This document shows, piece after piece, positions 9,951 through 19,689 of a stretch of 64,000 bases of DNA. Each line of letters opens with the position of its first letter. Position 1 is the first letter of the stretch. The position numbers and the translations under genes are program-made. The DNA comes from Candidatus Poribacteria bacterium (GTDB taxonomy: Bacteria > Poribacteria > WGA-4E > WGA-3G): positions 2,496,001 through 2,560,000 of the forward strand of contig OZ219753.1 in assembly GCA_964291315.2 (NCBI GenBank), in the 5' to 3' direction. The notes beneath the pieces are model-generated. The model saw only the letters and a program-made list of their open reading frames with translations. It ran no database searches and was not told the DNA's origin.

Positions 9951-11738
9951 CTATTTTTTTCGCGCCCACCAATACATCAACTGTCGCAGATAATAGCTGA
10001 CAGTCTTAGGGATCTCTTGGAACTGCCGCACGAATGGACACTCTCCGCCCAATACCACTAACTCCGACTTGGCACGCGTCATAGCCACATAGAAGACGCG
10101 CCGCTCTTCTGTAAGCTGGCTGTCCCGCCGCGGAAAATGCCGATTCAAGGTATTATGAACGAGGATTACTTTCTCCCATTCCCTGCCTTTTGATGTGTGA
10201 ATTGTTGCTACCTCGATGGCATTTACGTGCTTAGCTCGCATCTTTTGAATCAGTGAACCCGTATAGAAATAGACGCGCATCAGAAAAGTCACATGCTTAG
10301 CGAGCATCTTTTGAATCTGTTCCTTTTCATAGTTGGTTCGCACCAAAACAGCTGTCTCTTGCAAGGGCATCAATTCCTGCAGTAAGGCCGATTCTACAGT
10401 TTTGCATGTTGTCTCAATAGTTCTTATGTCCTGCCGCGACGGATTGTGAGCGCGAAGGTTTTTACGAATGCGCGGTGCATTTCTTTCAATCAAGGCCCTC
10501 GCGTGTTCAACGATCGTTGACGTAGATCGATAGTTACGCGTGATTTCATATTTTGTAACCTCGCGCCGGCTCGCAAATTTCTGCATGATCCCCGAATCGC
10601 CACCACGGAAACCATAAATCGCTTGATCATCGTCACCGACAGCGAAAAGATTCTCTGAAAGGAGTGAAATTAAACGGAAATCTGCAGGGGCGATGTCTTG
10701 AAATTCGTCAACAAGTACGTAAGGATACTTCTGCCGGTAATGTTCTCGGAGGTGTGGATACGTCTCAAGTAGGTCTGCTGCGTAGATAATCATATCCTCG
10801 AAATCGATAGCATTTGCCTTAGTTTTGTAAAATTCATATTTTGTAGCGAACACTCGCGCGACGCGACCCTCAACCATCTCTGGATGAAACACGCCTGCAA
10901 CGACCTGCCGTTTTGCACGCATGATGGTCTCTTTTATCCTATTCAAATTAGAGATCTCTCGGAGGTTCTTAAAATCCGGATCTCTGTCTAGGTGTTCTTT
11001 ATACCGGATATCGAAATGTTGGCAGAACATCTCAAGCAGGACCAGGTTGCTATGTTGGCTCCGAAGTGGATCTGCTCTATTAAATACACCGGCGCGCTCC
11101 CTATAGAAGTCAATCCAGTGCGCTTCACGAGCGTTCGCTTTTCGCCCTCGAACGCGTTCTATAACCTCAAAGCTGAAATGTGATGCCACCTCATAACGGA
11201 TCGCCTGTCTAAGTCTATCGTTCGATGAATGGCAGAAATGCTCCCTCTTACGGCGCTCCGGATTCGTGGTTTGCCCAATATAACATTTGCCGGTCTTTTG
11301 ACTCTCGATTTTATAAATGGAGACAGCTACAGCTCCTATCTTTTGTTTAATCTGTTTCTGTTCCTTTGAAATGATTTGATCTATCTTTCCGGTCCAAACC
11401 TCAGGTGGCTCCCTGAATCCTGCGAGTCTGTAGTTTTCTATAATAATATCTTTGCCGAAGGCGTGGAGCGTCCGGATTTCAGGTCTGTTAGCTGGTTTAG
11501 ACATGTCAACTGATTCTGTTGAAGTGTTGCTATGGAAGAGTCGCTCCGCCATTTCTTCAACAGCTTTTCTATTAAAAGCAATCGCAAGGATGCGGGAGGG
11601 CGAGATGTTGTGTGTCCGGATGAGGTTGAGAATACGTGTTGTTACGACCGTGGTTTTTCCACTGCCGGGACCAGCAATGACGATTGCAGGGCCCGTGAAA
11701 TGCTTCACTGCGTTTTGTTGGTTTCTGTCGAGTTGCAT
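9951..11738 (-). CDS. UvrD/PcrA-like SF1 helicase with an inserted GIY-YIG nuclease domain
   Basis: LDRNQ, AGPGSGKT, TLHAF, VDEFQD, VGDDDQAIYGFRG, NYRST, TIHTSKGREW, EERRVFYVAMTRAK; internal SIYKI...CYIGQT..PERR..EH. Confidence 0.85.
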   Translation of the reverse strand: MQLDRNQQNAVKHFTGPAIVIAGPGSGKTTVVTTRILNLIRTHNISPSRILAIAFNRKAVEEMAERLFHSNTSTESVDMSKPANRPEIRTLHAFGKDIIIENYRLAGFREPPEVWTGKIDQIISKEQKQIKQKIGAVAVSIYKIESQKTGKCYIGQTTNPERRKREHFCHSSNDRLRQAIRYEVASHFSFEVIERVRGRKANAREAHWIDFYRERAGVFNRADPLRSQHSNLVLLEMFCQHFDIRYKEHLDRDPDFKNLREISNLNRIKETIMRAKRQVVAGVFHPEMVEGRVARVFATKYEFYKTKANAIDFEDMIIYAADLLETYPHLREHYRQKYPYVLVDEFQDIAPADFRLISLLSENLFAVGDDDQAIYGFRGGDSGIMQKFASRREVTKYEITRNYRSTSTIVEHARALIERNAPRIRKNLRAHNPSRQDIRTIETTCKTVESALLQELMPLQETAVLVRTNYEKEQIQKMLAKHVTFLMRVYFYTGSLIQKMRAKHVNAIEVATIHTSKGREWEKVILVHNTLNRHFPRRDSQLTEERRVFYVAMTRAKSELVVLGGECPFVRQFQEIPKTVSYYLRQLMYWWARKK

Positions 11739-11742
11739 AATT

Positions 11743-12177
11743 TTATTTCGGCATCCGTTGAACCCATAGCAGCAGTGCCACATTCATCGCCCCAATAAAA
11801 CCGAGGACATAGGATTGAATTCCTGCTAATGTGTCAAGCGAACGGATGAGGAACGGGCAGAAAATTGGCAAGCCGAGCGCGAAGCAGGTATAAAAAGTTA
11901 AATGTTTTGCTCCTTTTGCTTCCCAGAAAGTGATTTGCCGCTTTAAAACCTTTAGATATGACTGATTCCATAACCGAGATGTCCACTTTCCGTGCATGTA
12001 GCCTAAGCCGATGCCTAAGCCGTAACCGACACTCAACCACCGGAGGTCGATGCGTACGTCGTAGGAGATCGCTACTGTCCAGAGCAGCTGTCCCAACACG
12101 GAAAGCACGATGAACGCCCAGAGAACTGGCAGCTTCATATAGAACGGAAGTAAGCGACGGTACAATTTATTTGACAT
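11743..12177 (-). CDS. Hypothetical membrane protein (about 4 TM)
   Basis: Hydrophobic segments; ATG 12177 overlaps the purQ 3' end. Confidence 0.65.
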   Translation of the reverse strand: MSNKLYRRLLPFYMKLPVLWAFIVLSVLGQLLWTVAISYDVRIDLRWLSVGYGLGIGLGYMHGKWTSRLWNQSYLKVLKRQITFWEAKGAKHLTFYTCFALGLPIFCPFLIRSLDTLAGIQSYVLGFIGAMNVALLLWVQRMPK

Positions 12178-12991
12178 GCGCTTTGACGTAATCAACGGCG
12201 TTTTTAAAGATAGCAAGTCCCTCGCCTTTTTCAGAGGCGTTCTCTGGTGTTTCGGTGAGTCGAGTCCAGTGTGGATGATTCCATTTCATTAGAAACCGTT
12301 CTGGATGCGGCATTAATCCGAAAATTCTGCCTGTTGGGTCGCAAATGCCGGCGATATCGGCATCAGAACCGTTCGGATTGTCCGGGTATGTGCTCTTGAC
12401 ATATCGGAACACAACCTGATTCTTTGATTCTAATTCTTCCAATACATCTGCTGGAGCAGTAAAACGGCCTTCAGCGTGCGCAACCGGAAGATAGATGCGT
12501 TCTTTGATACCCTTTGTGAAAACACATGGGCTCTCTTGTACTTTCAAATCAACCCATCGACACTCAAATTTTGCAGAGGTATTCATTGACAATGTTGTTC
12601 GTTGGATCATTTCTGGGGTACCACTTTCAGAGATATTCATCCCCGGCAGTAAGCCTGTTCGTACAAGCACTTGAAAACCGTTACATATACCGAGTATCAG
12701 TTTATTATCTCCGACAAATCTACTAAGGGCATCCGCCAGTTTGTGTTTCATCTCGATGGCTAATAGAATACCGGCCGAAATGTCGTCACCGTACGAGAAA
12801 CCCCCAGGAATCGCCAGGATCTCGTAGTCGGCTAAGTTGACTTTTCCAGCTATCAACTTCTGGATGTGTGTTAACGCCGTCTCCGCCCCGGCGAGCTGGA
12901 ACGCTGCATCCGTTTCTATATCGCAGTTAGTTCCTGCAGTTCGTAAGATAAGTACTTTAGGTTTCAGCATTTTTATGATTAAATCTCTCAC
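12167..12991 (-). CDS. purQ: Phosphoribosylformylglycinamidine synthase subunit PurQ
   Basis: GTNCD.ET, PGGFSYGD, GICNGFQ, AHAEG, NPNGS, MPHPER. Confidence 0.95.
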   Translation of the reverse strand: MRDLIIKMLKPKVLILRTAGTNCDIETDAAFQLAGAETALTHIQKLIAGKVNLADYEILAIPGGFSYGDDISAGILLAIEMKHKLADALSRFVGDNKLILGICNGFQVLVRTGLLPGMNISESGTPEMIQRTTLSMNTSAKFECRWVDLKVQESPCVFTKGIKERIYLPVAHAEGRFTAPADVLEELESKNQVVFRYVKSTYPDNPNGSDADIAGICDPTGRIFGLMPHPERFLMKWNHPHWTRLTETPENASEKGEGLAIFKNAVDYVKAHVK

Positions 12992-13126
12992 CGTTCCATG
13001 GCAACCTATACATTACGCGACGGTTTTTCGTAAATTCCAATATTTCTGGGTTATGGAAAGTATCCTAGCGAAATCTATCAGTCGTCTGAATCAGGGACCC
13101 ATGGGATTTTAAGGATGCCCTCAAAT

Positions 13127-15526
13127 TCACCACTGCAACGGAGCCTGCCATGCAGTTTTGAGTCTGTCGATAGAAACTGCAACGATTCGATGCCCCGAGG
13201 TGGTCTTGATCACAAAATCTGATGTCTCTCTAACGGTTCCGAGGCAGCCCATGGGCACTCCGGTCATGTGGGTCTCATAGTCGTGCCGATGCTCGGGCTC
13301 AATTTCCACAAGAAACCGGCTATTTGACTCCGAGAATAGGATCGTATCATCGGCAGGGATTTCATCGCCTGTCGGAACATTGTTGAGGTTCAGAGCCATT
13401 CCATACCCACCTGAAAATGCCATTTCTGCGGCTGCTACACCGATGCCACCTTCAGAACAGTCATGACACGAACGTACCAATCCGTTACTGATAGCAGTGC
13501 TGAGTCTTTCCATCGTTAACTTACCCTCATCAGGACGCACAACGGGTGCTTTGTTTCCGATAAAACCGTGAATGCTAAAGTAGTGGGACCCGCCCAATTC
13601 AGGATATGTGTTACCAACGACATAGATGTAATTGCCGGGGGCTTTCACATCCATCGTGACTGCCCGCTGCACATCCGGGATCACACAGATAGCGGATATG
13701 AGCAGCGTCGCTGGGATCGCGCGTTGTTCCCCGGTAGTTGTGTCACTATATTCGTTGTAAAGGCTATCTTTACCGGAGATAAAAGGGGTGCCGTAGGCGG
13801 TTGCTATGTCATAACATGCTCTTGCTGCGCGCACCAACTCTCCAAGTCGATCGGGTTTGTCAGGGTTACCCCAACAGAAATTATCCAAGAGCGCCGTCTT
13901 CTCTAAGGTCCCACCGACAGCGATTATGTTCCGTAGAGCCTCATCTATGGCTGCCGCTGCACTGATATACGGATCTATATCGCTATATTTCGGGTTGATT
14001 CCGTTGGCGACTATCACCCCCTTGGAGCCCCCAATGACCGGTGTAACAACACAAGCATCGCTCGGTCCATCGTTTTCTGCACCGACAAGTGGATTGATGA
14101 CCATACCGCCTTGCACACCGTGGTCGTATTGCCGGATAACGGATTCTTTACTGGCTATATTTGGACTCGCGAGCAGGCCAAGAAGATCGTCTGTATAGTC
14201 TCTGCTCTCTTTACCCGGCGACACCATTTCTGGATGCTGTCGTGGCTGCCAAACTGCCTGTTTGACAGGTTGTGGTAAACCGTTATGCAGAAATTCCATC
14301 TCTAAATCCGCAACAATTCTCTCTTCGTAAAAGATTTGTAACCTGCGCGTCTCTGTGAAACGCCCGAGAACTGTCGCCTCGACGAGTTCAGACGCACATA
14401 TCTCTACCAGTTCATCTAGGTTTTCAGGGGGCACGGCGATGACCATGCGCTCTTGCGCTTCAGAGAGCCAAATTTCCCACGGCGCGAGGCCCTCATATTT
14501 CAGAGAGACGCGTTCGAGATGTACCTCTGCGCCTATGTGCTCCCCCATCTCGCCGACTGCCGAAGAGAACCCGCCGGCACCACAATCCGTTATTGAGCGA
14601 TAGAGATTCCGATCCCGGGCCTGTAGTAACGCGTCAACGATCTTCTTTTCCATGATTGGATTACCAATCTGTACCACGCTGCCAAGATTTTCAGATGTAT
14701 CATCTAATTCCGCAGAAGAAAAAGTCGCACCGTGAATACCGTCACGACCTGTTTGTCCGCCAATAGAGACGACGAGATCTCCGGGTTCAACAGATTTTTC
14801 ACACCTGTTTCTCGGTATTAGACCGACATTTCCACAAAAAACGAGTGGGTTTGCGGTATAACGGGTATCAAACAGAATCGCACCGTTCGCAGTCGGAATG
14901 CCCATCCGGTTACCGTAATCGCGCACGCCCGCAACGACACCATTAAAGACGCGTTTCGGATGAAGGGTACCTTTCGGCAGCTGCGCATAAGATGTCTCCG
15001 GCAATCCGAAGCAGAAAACATCTGTATTAAGAATAGGCTTTGCCCCAAGTCCTGTGCCGAGTGAATCACGAATTACACCGCCGATGCCTGTACCCGCGCC
15101 ACCATAGGGCTCAATCGCTGAAGGATGATTGTGGGTCTCTACTTTGAAGACGAGGTTATAAGTATCGTCAAATTCAATGATACCAGCGTTATCCGAGAAA
15201 ACAGAGACACACCACGACTTGGCTATCTCTTCCGTTGCGCGTTGGATAAAGGTCGCAAACAGACTGTCGATTCGCTCTGACGGTTTGCCATCTTCAGAAT
15301 AAAAGATAACGCTCTTAAACGTTTTGTGGACGCAGTGTTCCGACCAAGTTTGCGCTATCGTCTCAATTTCTACATCCGTTGGATTGCGTTCTAACCCCTT
15401 AAAATGGGTCTGAATCGTCTGCATCTCTTGGAGGTTCAGAGACAACGTGCCCTCTCGACTGATGCGCAGCAGCTCGGTGTCATCGGCATCTAGGATCGCT
15501 ATGTTTTTAACTGTACTAGACATCAC
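13127..15526 (-). CDS. purL: Phosphoribosylformylglycinamidine synthase subunit PurL
   Basis: WSEHCVHKTF, KVETHNHPSAIEPYGGAGTG, TGRDGIHGATFSS, DCGAGG, SEAQERM, ISGKDSLYNE, HDCSEGG. Confidence 0.95.
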   Translation of the reverse strand: MMSSTVKNIAILDADDTELLRISREGTLSLNLQEMQTIQTHFKGLERNPTDVEIETIAQTWSEHCVHKTFKSVIFYSEDGKPSERIDSLFATFIQRATEEIAKSWCVSVFSDNAGIIEFDDTYNLVFKVETHNHPSAIEPYGGAGTGIGGVIRDSLGTGLGAKPILNTDVFCFGLPETSYAQLPKGTLHPKRVFNGVVAGVRDYGNRMGIPTANGAILFDTRYTANPLVFCGNVGLIPRNRCEKSVEPGDLVVSIGGQTGRDGIHGATFSSAELDDTSENLGSVVQIGNPIMEKKIVDALLQARDRNLYRSITDCGAGGFSSAVGEMGEHIGAEVHLERVSLKYEGLAPWEIWLSEAQERMVIAVPPENLDELVEICASELVEATVLGRFTETRRLQIFYEERIVADLEMEFLHNGLPQPVKQAVWQPRQHPEMVSPGKESRDYTDDLLGLLASPNIASKESVIRQYDHGVQGGMVINPLVGAENDGPSDACVVTPVIGGSKGVIVANGINPKYSDIDPYISAAAAIDEALRNIIAVGGTLEKTALLDNFCWGNPDKPDRLGELVRAARACYDIATAYGTPFISGKDSLYNEYSDTTTGEQRAIPATLLISAICVIPDVQRAVTMDVKAPGNYIYVVGNTYPELGGSHYFSIHGFIGNKAPVVRPDEGKLTMERLSTAISNGLVRSCHDCSEGGIGVAAAEMAFSGGYGMALNLNNVPTGDEIPADDTILFSESNSRFLVEIEPEHRHDYETHMTGVPMGCLGTVRETSDFVIKTTSGHRIVAVSIDRLKTAWQAPLQW

Positions 15527-15598
15527 TTTCTCCGCTCTTAATCGCAGTCATCAAAGCGTTTTCTTATCAACATTTTTCGCTCCGAAGTAAGCCGATAT

Positions 15599-16420
15599 CT
15601 ACTCTTTAAACGAAGCTGTCACCCGCGGAATACTCTCCTCACAGGCGAATCTTTCAATGCTTGAGGCACCAACAAAGCCGACGGTGTCCGTGTTCTCATT
15701 GATAAAAGATGCTTCCGGGGCCTTTGAGATGGGTCCTCCATGTGCAAGACAGATAATATCTGGATTCACCTTGCGCGCAGCATCACATATCTCCTGTACC
15801 CGGACAGCAGCGTTTTCCAATGTGAAGGCGGTTTCTGCGCCGATCGTTCCACCTGTTGTGGTACCCATATGTGCAATAATGACATCTGCCCCCACTTTTG
15901 CCATGTTTTCAGCCTCCTCAGGGTTGAAAACATAGACAATCGTGAATAGATCCATTTCGTGAGCGATACCAATCATTTCGACCTCTTTATAGAACCCCAT
16001 TCCTGTCTCTTCAAGTGTCACTCGGAAAGTACCATCAATTACGCCAACGGTGGGGAAGTTGTTAACGCCATCAAAACCGACATCTCGGACCTGTTTAAGG
16101 AAATTACGCATCCGGCGCGTCGGATCAGTGCCGTTGACACCGGCGATAACCGGGGTGTCTTTGACAACAGGCAGCACTTCACGTTCCCCCATCTCCATGA
16201 CGATAGCGTTCGCATCTCCGTAAGCCAAAAGTCCGGCGCAGGAGCCAAACCCGGACATCCGGTAGCGCCCTGAGTTATAAATTACAATCAGATCCGCACC
16301 TCCTTGTTCAGCGAATTTCGCTGTAATACCCGTTCCTGCTCCAACAGCGAGCAACGGTTTGTCTCTATTCAGTTCTGCTGTCAAGCGCCCTAATACTTCA
16401 CCGCGTCTATAATCTGGCAT
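15599..16420 (-). CDS. Phosphoenolpyruvate hydrolase-like TIM-barrel protein
   Basis: GAGTGITAK, YNSGRYRM, YGDAN, NFPTVG, LEETGM, HGGPI, GASSIER. Confidence 0.85.
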   Translation of the reverse strand: MPDYRRGEVLGRLTAELNRDKPLLAVGAGTGITAKFAEQGGADLIVIYNSGRYRMSGFGSCAGLLAYGDANAIVMEMGEREVLPVVKDTPVIAGVNGTDPTRRMRNFLKQVRDVGFDGVNNFPTVGVIDGTFRVTLEETGMGFYKEVEMIGIAHEMDLFTIVYVFNPEEAENMAKVGADVIIAHMGTTTGGTIGAETAFTLENAAVRVQEICDAARKVNPDIICLAHGGPISKAPEASFINENTDTVGFVGASSIERFACEESIPRVTASFKE

Positions 16421-16521
16421 CGATTATTTTCCTTTCTTAATAATAGCCGTTAGCAAGAAAATCCTCTCATAGCGAGATTTTCCGACTTTCGCCTGATGAC
16501 CAACAGTCAACGACTATCTGA

Positions 16522-17916
16522 CTATTCGCCTCTCGATTTTGCTTGTAGGCGTGCCGCCTGCCCCGGATCACCGATGTGCATGGTGTTGTAAGCTTGCTCG
16601 GATGTTTTGAATGGCCCCACGCCTTTGTGTCCGTGCCAATCCCCTTGTGTCAGGATCGGATTTGTCAGTCCAGTTTCTTGTTCCCGCTGCCGAATCCAGT
16701 TTTTCATGCGTGTTTCGAGGACGTTAACAATGTCAGGATGTGTCTCAGCGAGGTTGTTATTCTCGTCGGGATCTCGAATGAGGTTATAGAGTTCAACTGG
16801 CGGTTTGAAATGAAAATCCGGTTCAAGCGCGACGATAAGTTTCCACTCCGGGGTACGCCAACCGTGTTTGCGCATCCACGTACACTCTGTGATATAGAAC
16901 TCACTGTCGTAAGAAGCTATTTCGCCATCAACGAGACGGATGAGACTATTACCATCGAATTCAATATCTGTGTCGATGTCCGCTAACTCAAGGAGCGTGG
17001 GCACAAGATCTTTATGTTGATTGTATCCGGGGACCCGTTTTCGAGAAGGAATGCGTCTCGGATAGCGGATAATGAGCGGAACATGCAAGGTAACGTCATA
17101 GAGACCGTGATGGTCGAACCAGCATTCATGGTCATAGAGGGTTTCACCGTGATCCCCGTTGATAACCACTATTGTGTCGTCAAGGACACCGCGCGTTTCA
17201 AGCGCGTTAAAGAGGGTCTGGATACAAGCATCCATATAAGCAATCGCCCCGTCGTATTGGGCGATGACGTAATCTTTATCGGTGATTCCCACCGGCATCC
17301 AAGAGGCAAAATAGTCACAAAAAGGTTTGAAGGCCATCACAGGTTCCATGGAGGAACAACTGGGATCACACTCGTCTCCGTGGTAAAACATGCGTTCATA
17401 AGGGGCAGGCGGTAGGTAGGGAGAATGTGGGTCCATGTGGCGCAGGAACAGAAAAAAAGGCTTTTCGTCGTTTTGATCAATCAATCGGTTCAGTTCCGGA
17501 AGGGCAGTTTTGTTCAGATTCTCCGCTTTAGGGCTCCGACCGCTTTCGTCGGGACCCCACCCGGAATAGTTCAGATAGGTATCAAAACCGCGAGCACTCG
17601 GTCCACTGAAACCGACACAAGTTGTATCATAACCGACATCTCGTAGAATCTCCGCTAATGTTTTGACCTCCGCGCGCATCGCTCCTTGGTGACGCAAAGC
17701 CACAACTTGTGTGCTGAAGGCGTCTAACCCTGTTAGCATAGAGGCATAGGCGCTTGTTGTCGGAATGTGTGCGCTGTAGGTTTTCTCAAAGAGAGTAGCA
17801 CTCTCCGCGAAACGATCGATGTGAGGGGTCGTCAGCCGATCGTATCCATAGCAGCTCATATGTGTCGCGAGGAGAGAGTCAACTCCCATTAACACGATAT
17901 TAGGACGTTTTGTCAT
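16522..17916 (-). CDS. Sulfatase-like alkaline phosphatase superfamily hydrolase with a non-canonical active-site motif
   Basis: RPNIV...DSL, TPHID, DPHSPY, YDGAIAYMD, GDHGE, HVPLII, ELYNL..DP.E..NL; signature reads TTSAYASMLTG. Confidence 0.85.
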   Translation of the reverse strand: MTKRPNIVLMGVDSLLATHMSCYGYDRLTTPHIDRFAESATLFEKTYSAHIPTTSAYASMLTGLDAFSTQVVALRHQGAMRAEVKTLAEILRDVGYDTTCVGFSGPSARGFDTYLNYSGWGPDESGRSPKAENLNKTALPELNRLIDQNDEKPFFLFLRHMDPHSPYLPPAPYERMFYHGDECDPSCSSMEPVMAFKPFCDYFASWMPVGITDKDYVIAQYDGAIAYMDACIQTLFNALETRGVLDDTIVVINGDHGETLYDHECWFDHHGLYDVTLHVPLIIRYPRRIPSRKRVPGYNQHKDLVPTLLELADIDTDIEFDGNSLIRLVDGEIASYDSEFYITECTWMRKHGWRTPEWKLIVALEPDFHFKPPVELYNLIRDPDENNNLAETHPDIVNVLETRMKNWIRQREQETGLTNPILTQGDWHGHKGVGPFKTSEQAYNTMHIGDPGQAARLQAKSRGE

Positions 17917-18070
17917 ATTCTTCTCCTTACTTAAAGGGTATCTGTTATCCGTAGGAGAGGCTTAAGTTCACCCCGCATTTTCCAGTAAATCGTCACTTTT
18001 GCTCAAAAGTGACGGTTGACAACTACGACATCTAAAAATTTATTGGAAGCAATGCTGTGGTGTCTGCTCT

Positions 18071-18877
18071 CTATTTTTCCCAATCCTTGTGCCAAATAAG
18101 CCTGTTTTGCTTATCGTTGTCGAGCACATCGCCTATTTCAAGCGAGTTAAAATAGTCTTCTGGTAGTATATTCCGCTTGCCGTTGAATGTGGCTCCGTCA
18201 GGCATGAACCCGCATGTCATCGCTCTGCGATGGTGAATTGTCATGTTCACACCGGCACCGTGCGCAACAAGTCCATTGTGCCATACAATAGAACCGGCAG
18301 CACACGGGGCACACTGTGGTTCAATGTGCTGCCATTCCGGATATACATTGAACAATTCGCCTATGTTTATCCCGATTCCTACATTGTCAAAGCGCGCGGT
18401 CTTATGCGTGCCGGGTAGATACCACATGCAACCGTTCGCGAGTGTGGCATCGTCCAACGCGACCCAGAAAGAAATTGCGTCCCGTGAATCAAACGACCAA
18501 TAAGGTACATCAAGATGCCACGCGGTCGGATTGCCGTGCGGTGGTTTGATCAACGCCTGATCGTGCCATATCCGCATTCCATCAACACCACCCAATTGCG
18601 CTGCCATCTTACCGAGCCTTTGATCGTGGACAAGCTTCCGCATTCCGGCGTGTGTATCAGATAACCGGAGACACTGTGTAAAAACACGAGCGTAGAACTG
18701 CTTGGCGTCCATCTGGTTCGTCATAAATTCGACCGAGTTTCCGAGCCGCTCCTCAACAGATTCATCCGTGCAGCGGCGCCATTCCGCCAATTCTTCGAGG
18801 TCCAAGAATTTCTCAATGACGAGATAGCCGTTTGCCCGATAAAACTTAACCTGTGATTCGGTGAGTTCATGCTGCAT
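18071..18877 (-). CDS. PhyH family dioxygenase
   Basis: NGYL, KPP...TAWHLD, WVALDDAT..NGCM..LPGTH, H.AG.N...RRA. Confidence 0.9.
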   Translation of the reverse strand: MQHELTESQVKFYRANGYLVIEKFLDLEELAEWRRCTDESVEERLGNSVEFMTNQMDAKQFYARVFTQCLRLSDTHAGMRKLVHDQRLGKMAAQLGGVDGMRIWHDQALIKPPHGNPTAWHLDVPYWSFDSRDAISFWVALDDATLANGCMWYLPGTHKTARFDNVGIGINIGELFNVYPEWQHIEPQCAPCAAGSIVWHNGLVAHGAGVNMTIHHRRAMTCGFMPDGATFNGKRNILPEDYFNSLEIGDVLDNDKQNRLIWHKDWEK

Positions 18878-19049
18878 TTGTCACTCTCTCCTTTTAGATC
18901 TTTATCGTTATGCACTTACAAGCACTCATTACAGAATTGTATCATATAAGTGATAAATAAGCAAGGGTTTTACGTCATGATGCCAAAAGTTCCTCTCTCT
19001 TCAAAGATGAACCAAATATGTATCAAACCCGAATATTTTGCTAAAAAAC

Positions 19050-19120
19050 TTGACATATATTTGTGGTTAAGATATTCTTACGGATAGATGCCTTGACATA
19101 CTTACAATTTAAGGTATAAT
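19050..19120 (+). promoter_or_regulatory. Two tandem sigma70 promoters (TTGACA-17-TATTCT; TTGACA-16-TATAAT)
   Basis: Hexamer pairs at 19050-19078 and 19093-19120. Confidence 0.7.
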
Positions 19121-19157
19121 TAACGTGAGTTTTAAAAAAGAGTGAGTAGGTTCTTTT

Positions 19158-19215
19158 GTAGCAGAACCTGTTAGGTTGTGCAGTAGAGCTTGTAGCATAA
19201 ACTGTGAGTCTGTGC
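19158..19215 (+). repeat. Two GTAG-led REP-like hairpins
   Basis: GTAGCAGAACCTGTTAGGTTGTGC (19158-19181) and GTAGCATAAACTGTGAGTCTGTGC (19192-19215); same family as 40576-40673. Confidence 0.65.
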
Positions 19216-19412
19216 AAAGGCTCTCTTTATACAAAGATGAACCCAATAATTATCAAAACCGCGTTATAACTAAACCCATAGATAAACTTGCATCGACATT
19301 GACCGCTCACTATTGTCGACAGGGCAACTCCTATACCAAGAAAAGAGCATCGCCTGCGGGAGATAGCAGGAGTGAAAGGCACGCCTATAACAACAAATTT
19401 TGACACTCTTTC

Positions 19413-19441
19413 TTGATTTTTGCGTTATAATATTGTATAAT
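19413..19441 (+). promoter_or_regulatory. Sigma70 promoter TTGATT-17-TATAAT
   Basis: Hexamers with 17-bp spacing about 250 nt upstream of the 944-aa gene. Confidence 0.65.
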
Positions 19442-19689
19442 AATAAAGTATGAATACTTTTAGCACTGCTACTTAAGATCTAAACCCTTGTTAGGACTTC
19501 CAGATGTCGTTCAAAGGTGTCTGAAATTAGGGGATGTCCAAAAAAAACGGCACTGAAGAAACATTTAAATATCGAGAATCTGAGGGTATCCCTCAGCGTA
19601 AAGTTGACTTGTAAGTAGGAGCGAATGGATTCGCAATTTCTGCGTCCATCACTGTTTAACCTTAGTTAATATAGAGGAGAACAAACGTA

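Noticed and set aside
11075-11325. Intein or intron-encoded homing endonuclease in the helicase
   Set aside because: No Cys/Ser...His-Asn splice junction motifs and no intron-like break; the frame is continuous and the insert is short
17991-18014. Perfect hairpin cgtcacttttg/caaaagtgacg as an intrinsic terminator
   Set aside because: No U-tract on the coding strand; may be an operator or part of a repeat element, function unsupported
19176-19403. 75-aa ORF in the long intergenic region
   Set aside because: TTG start without an RBS, runs through REP hairpins, no protein-like features
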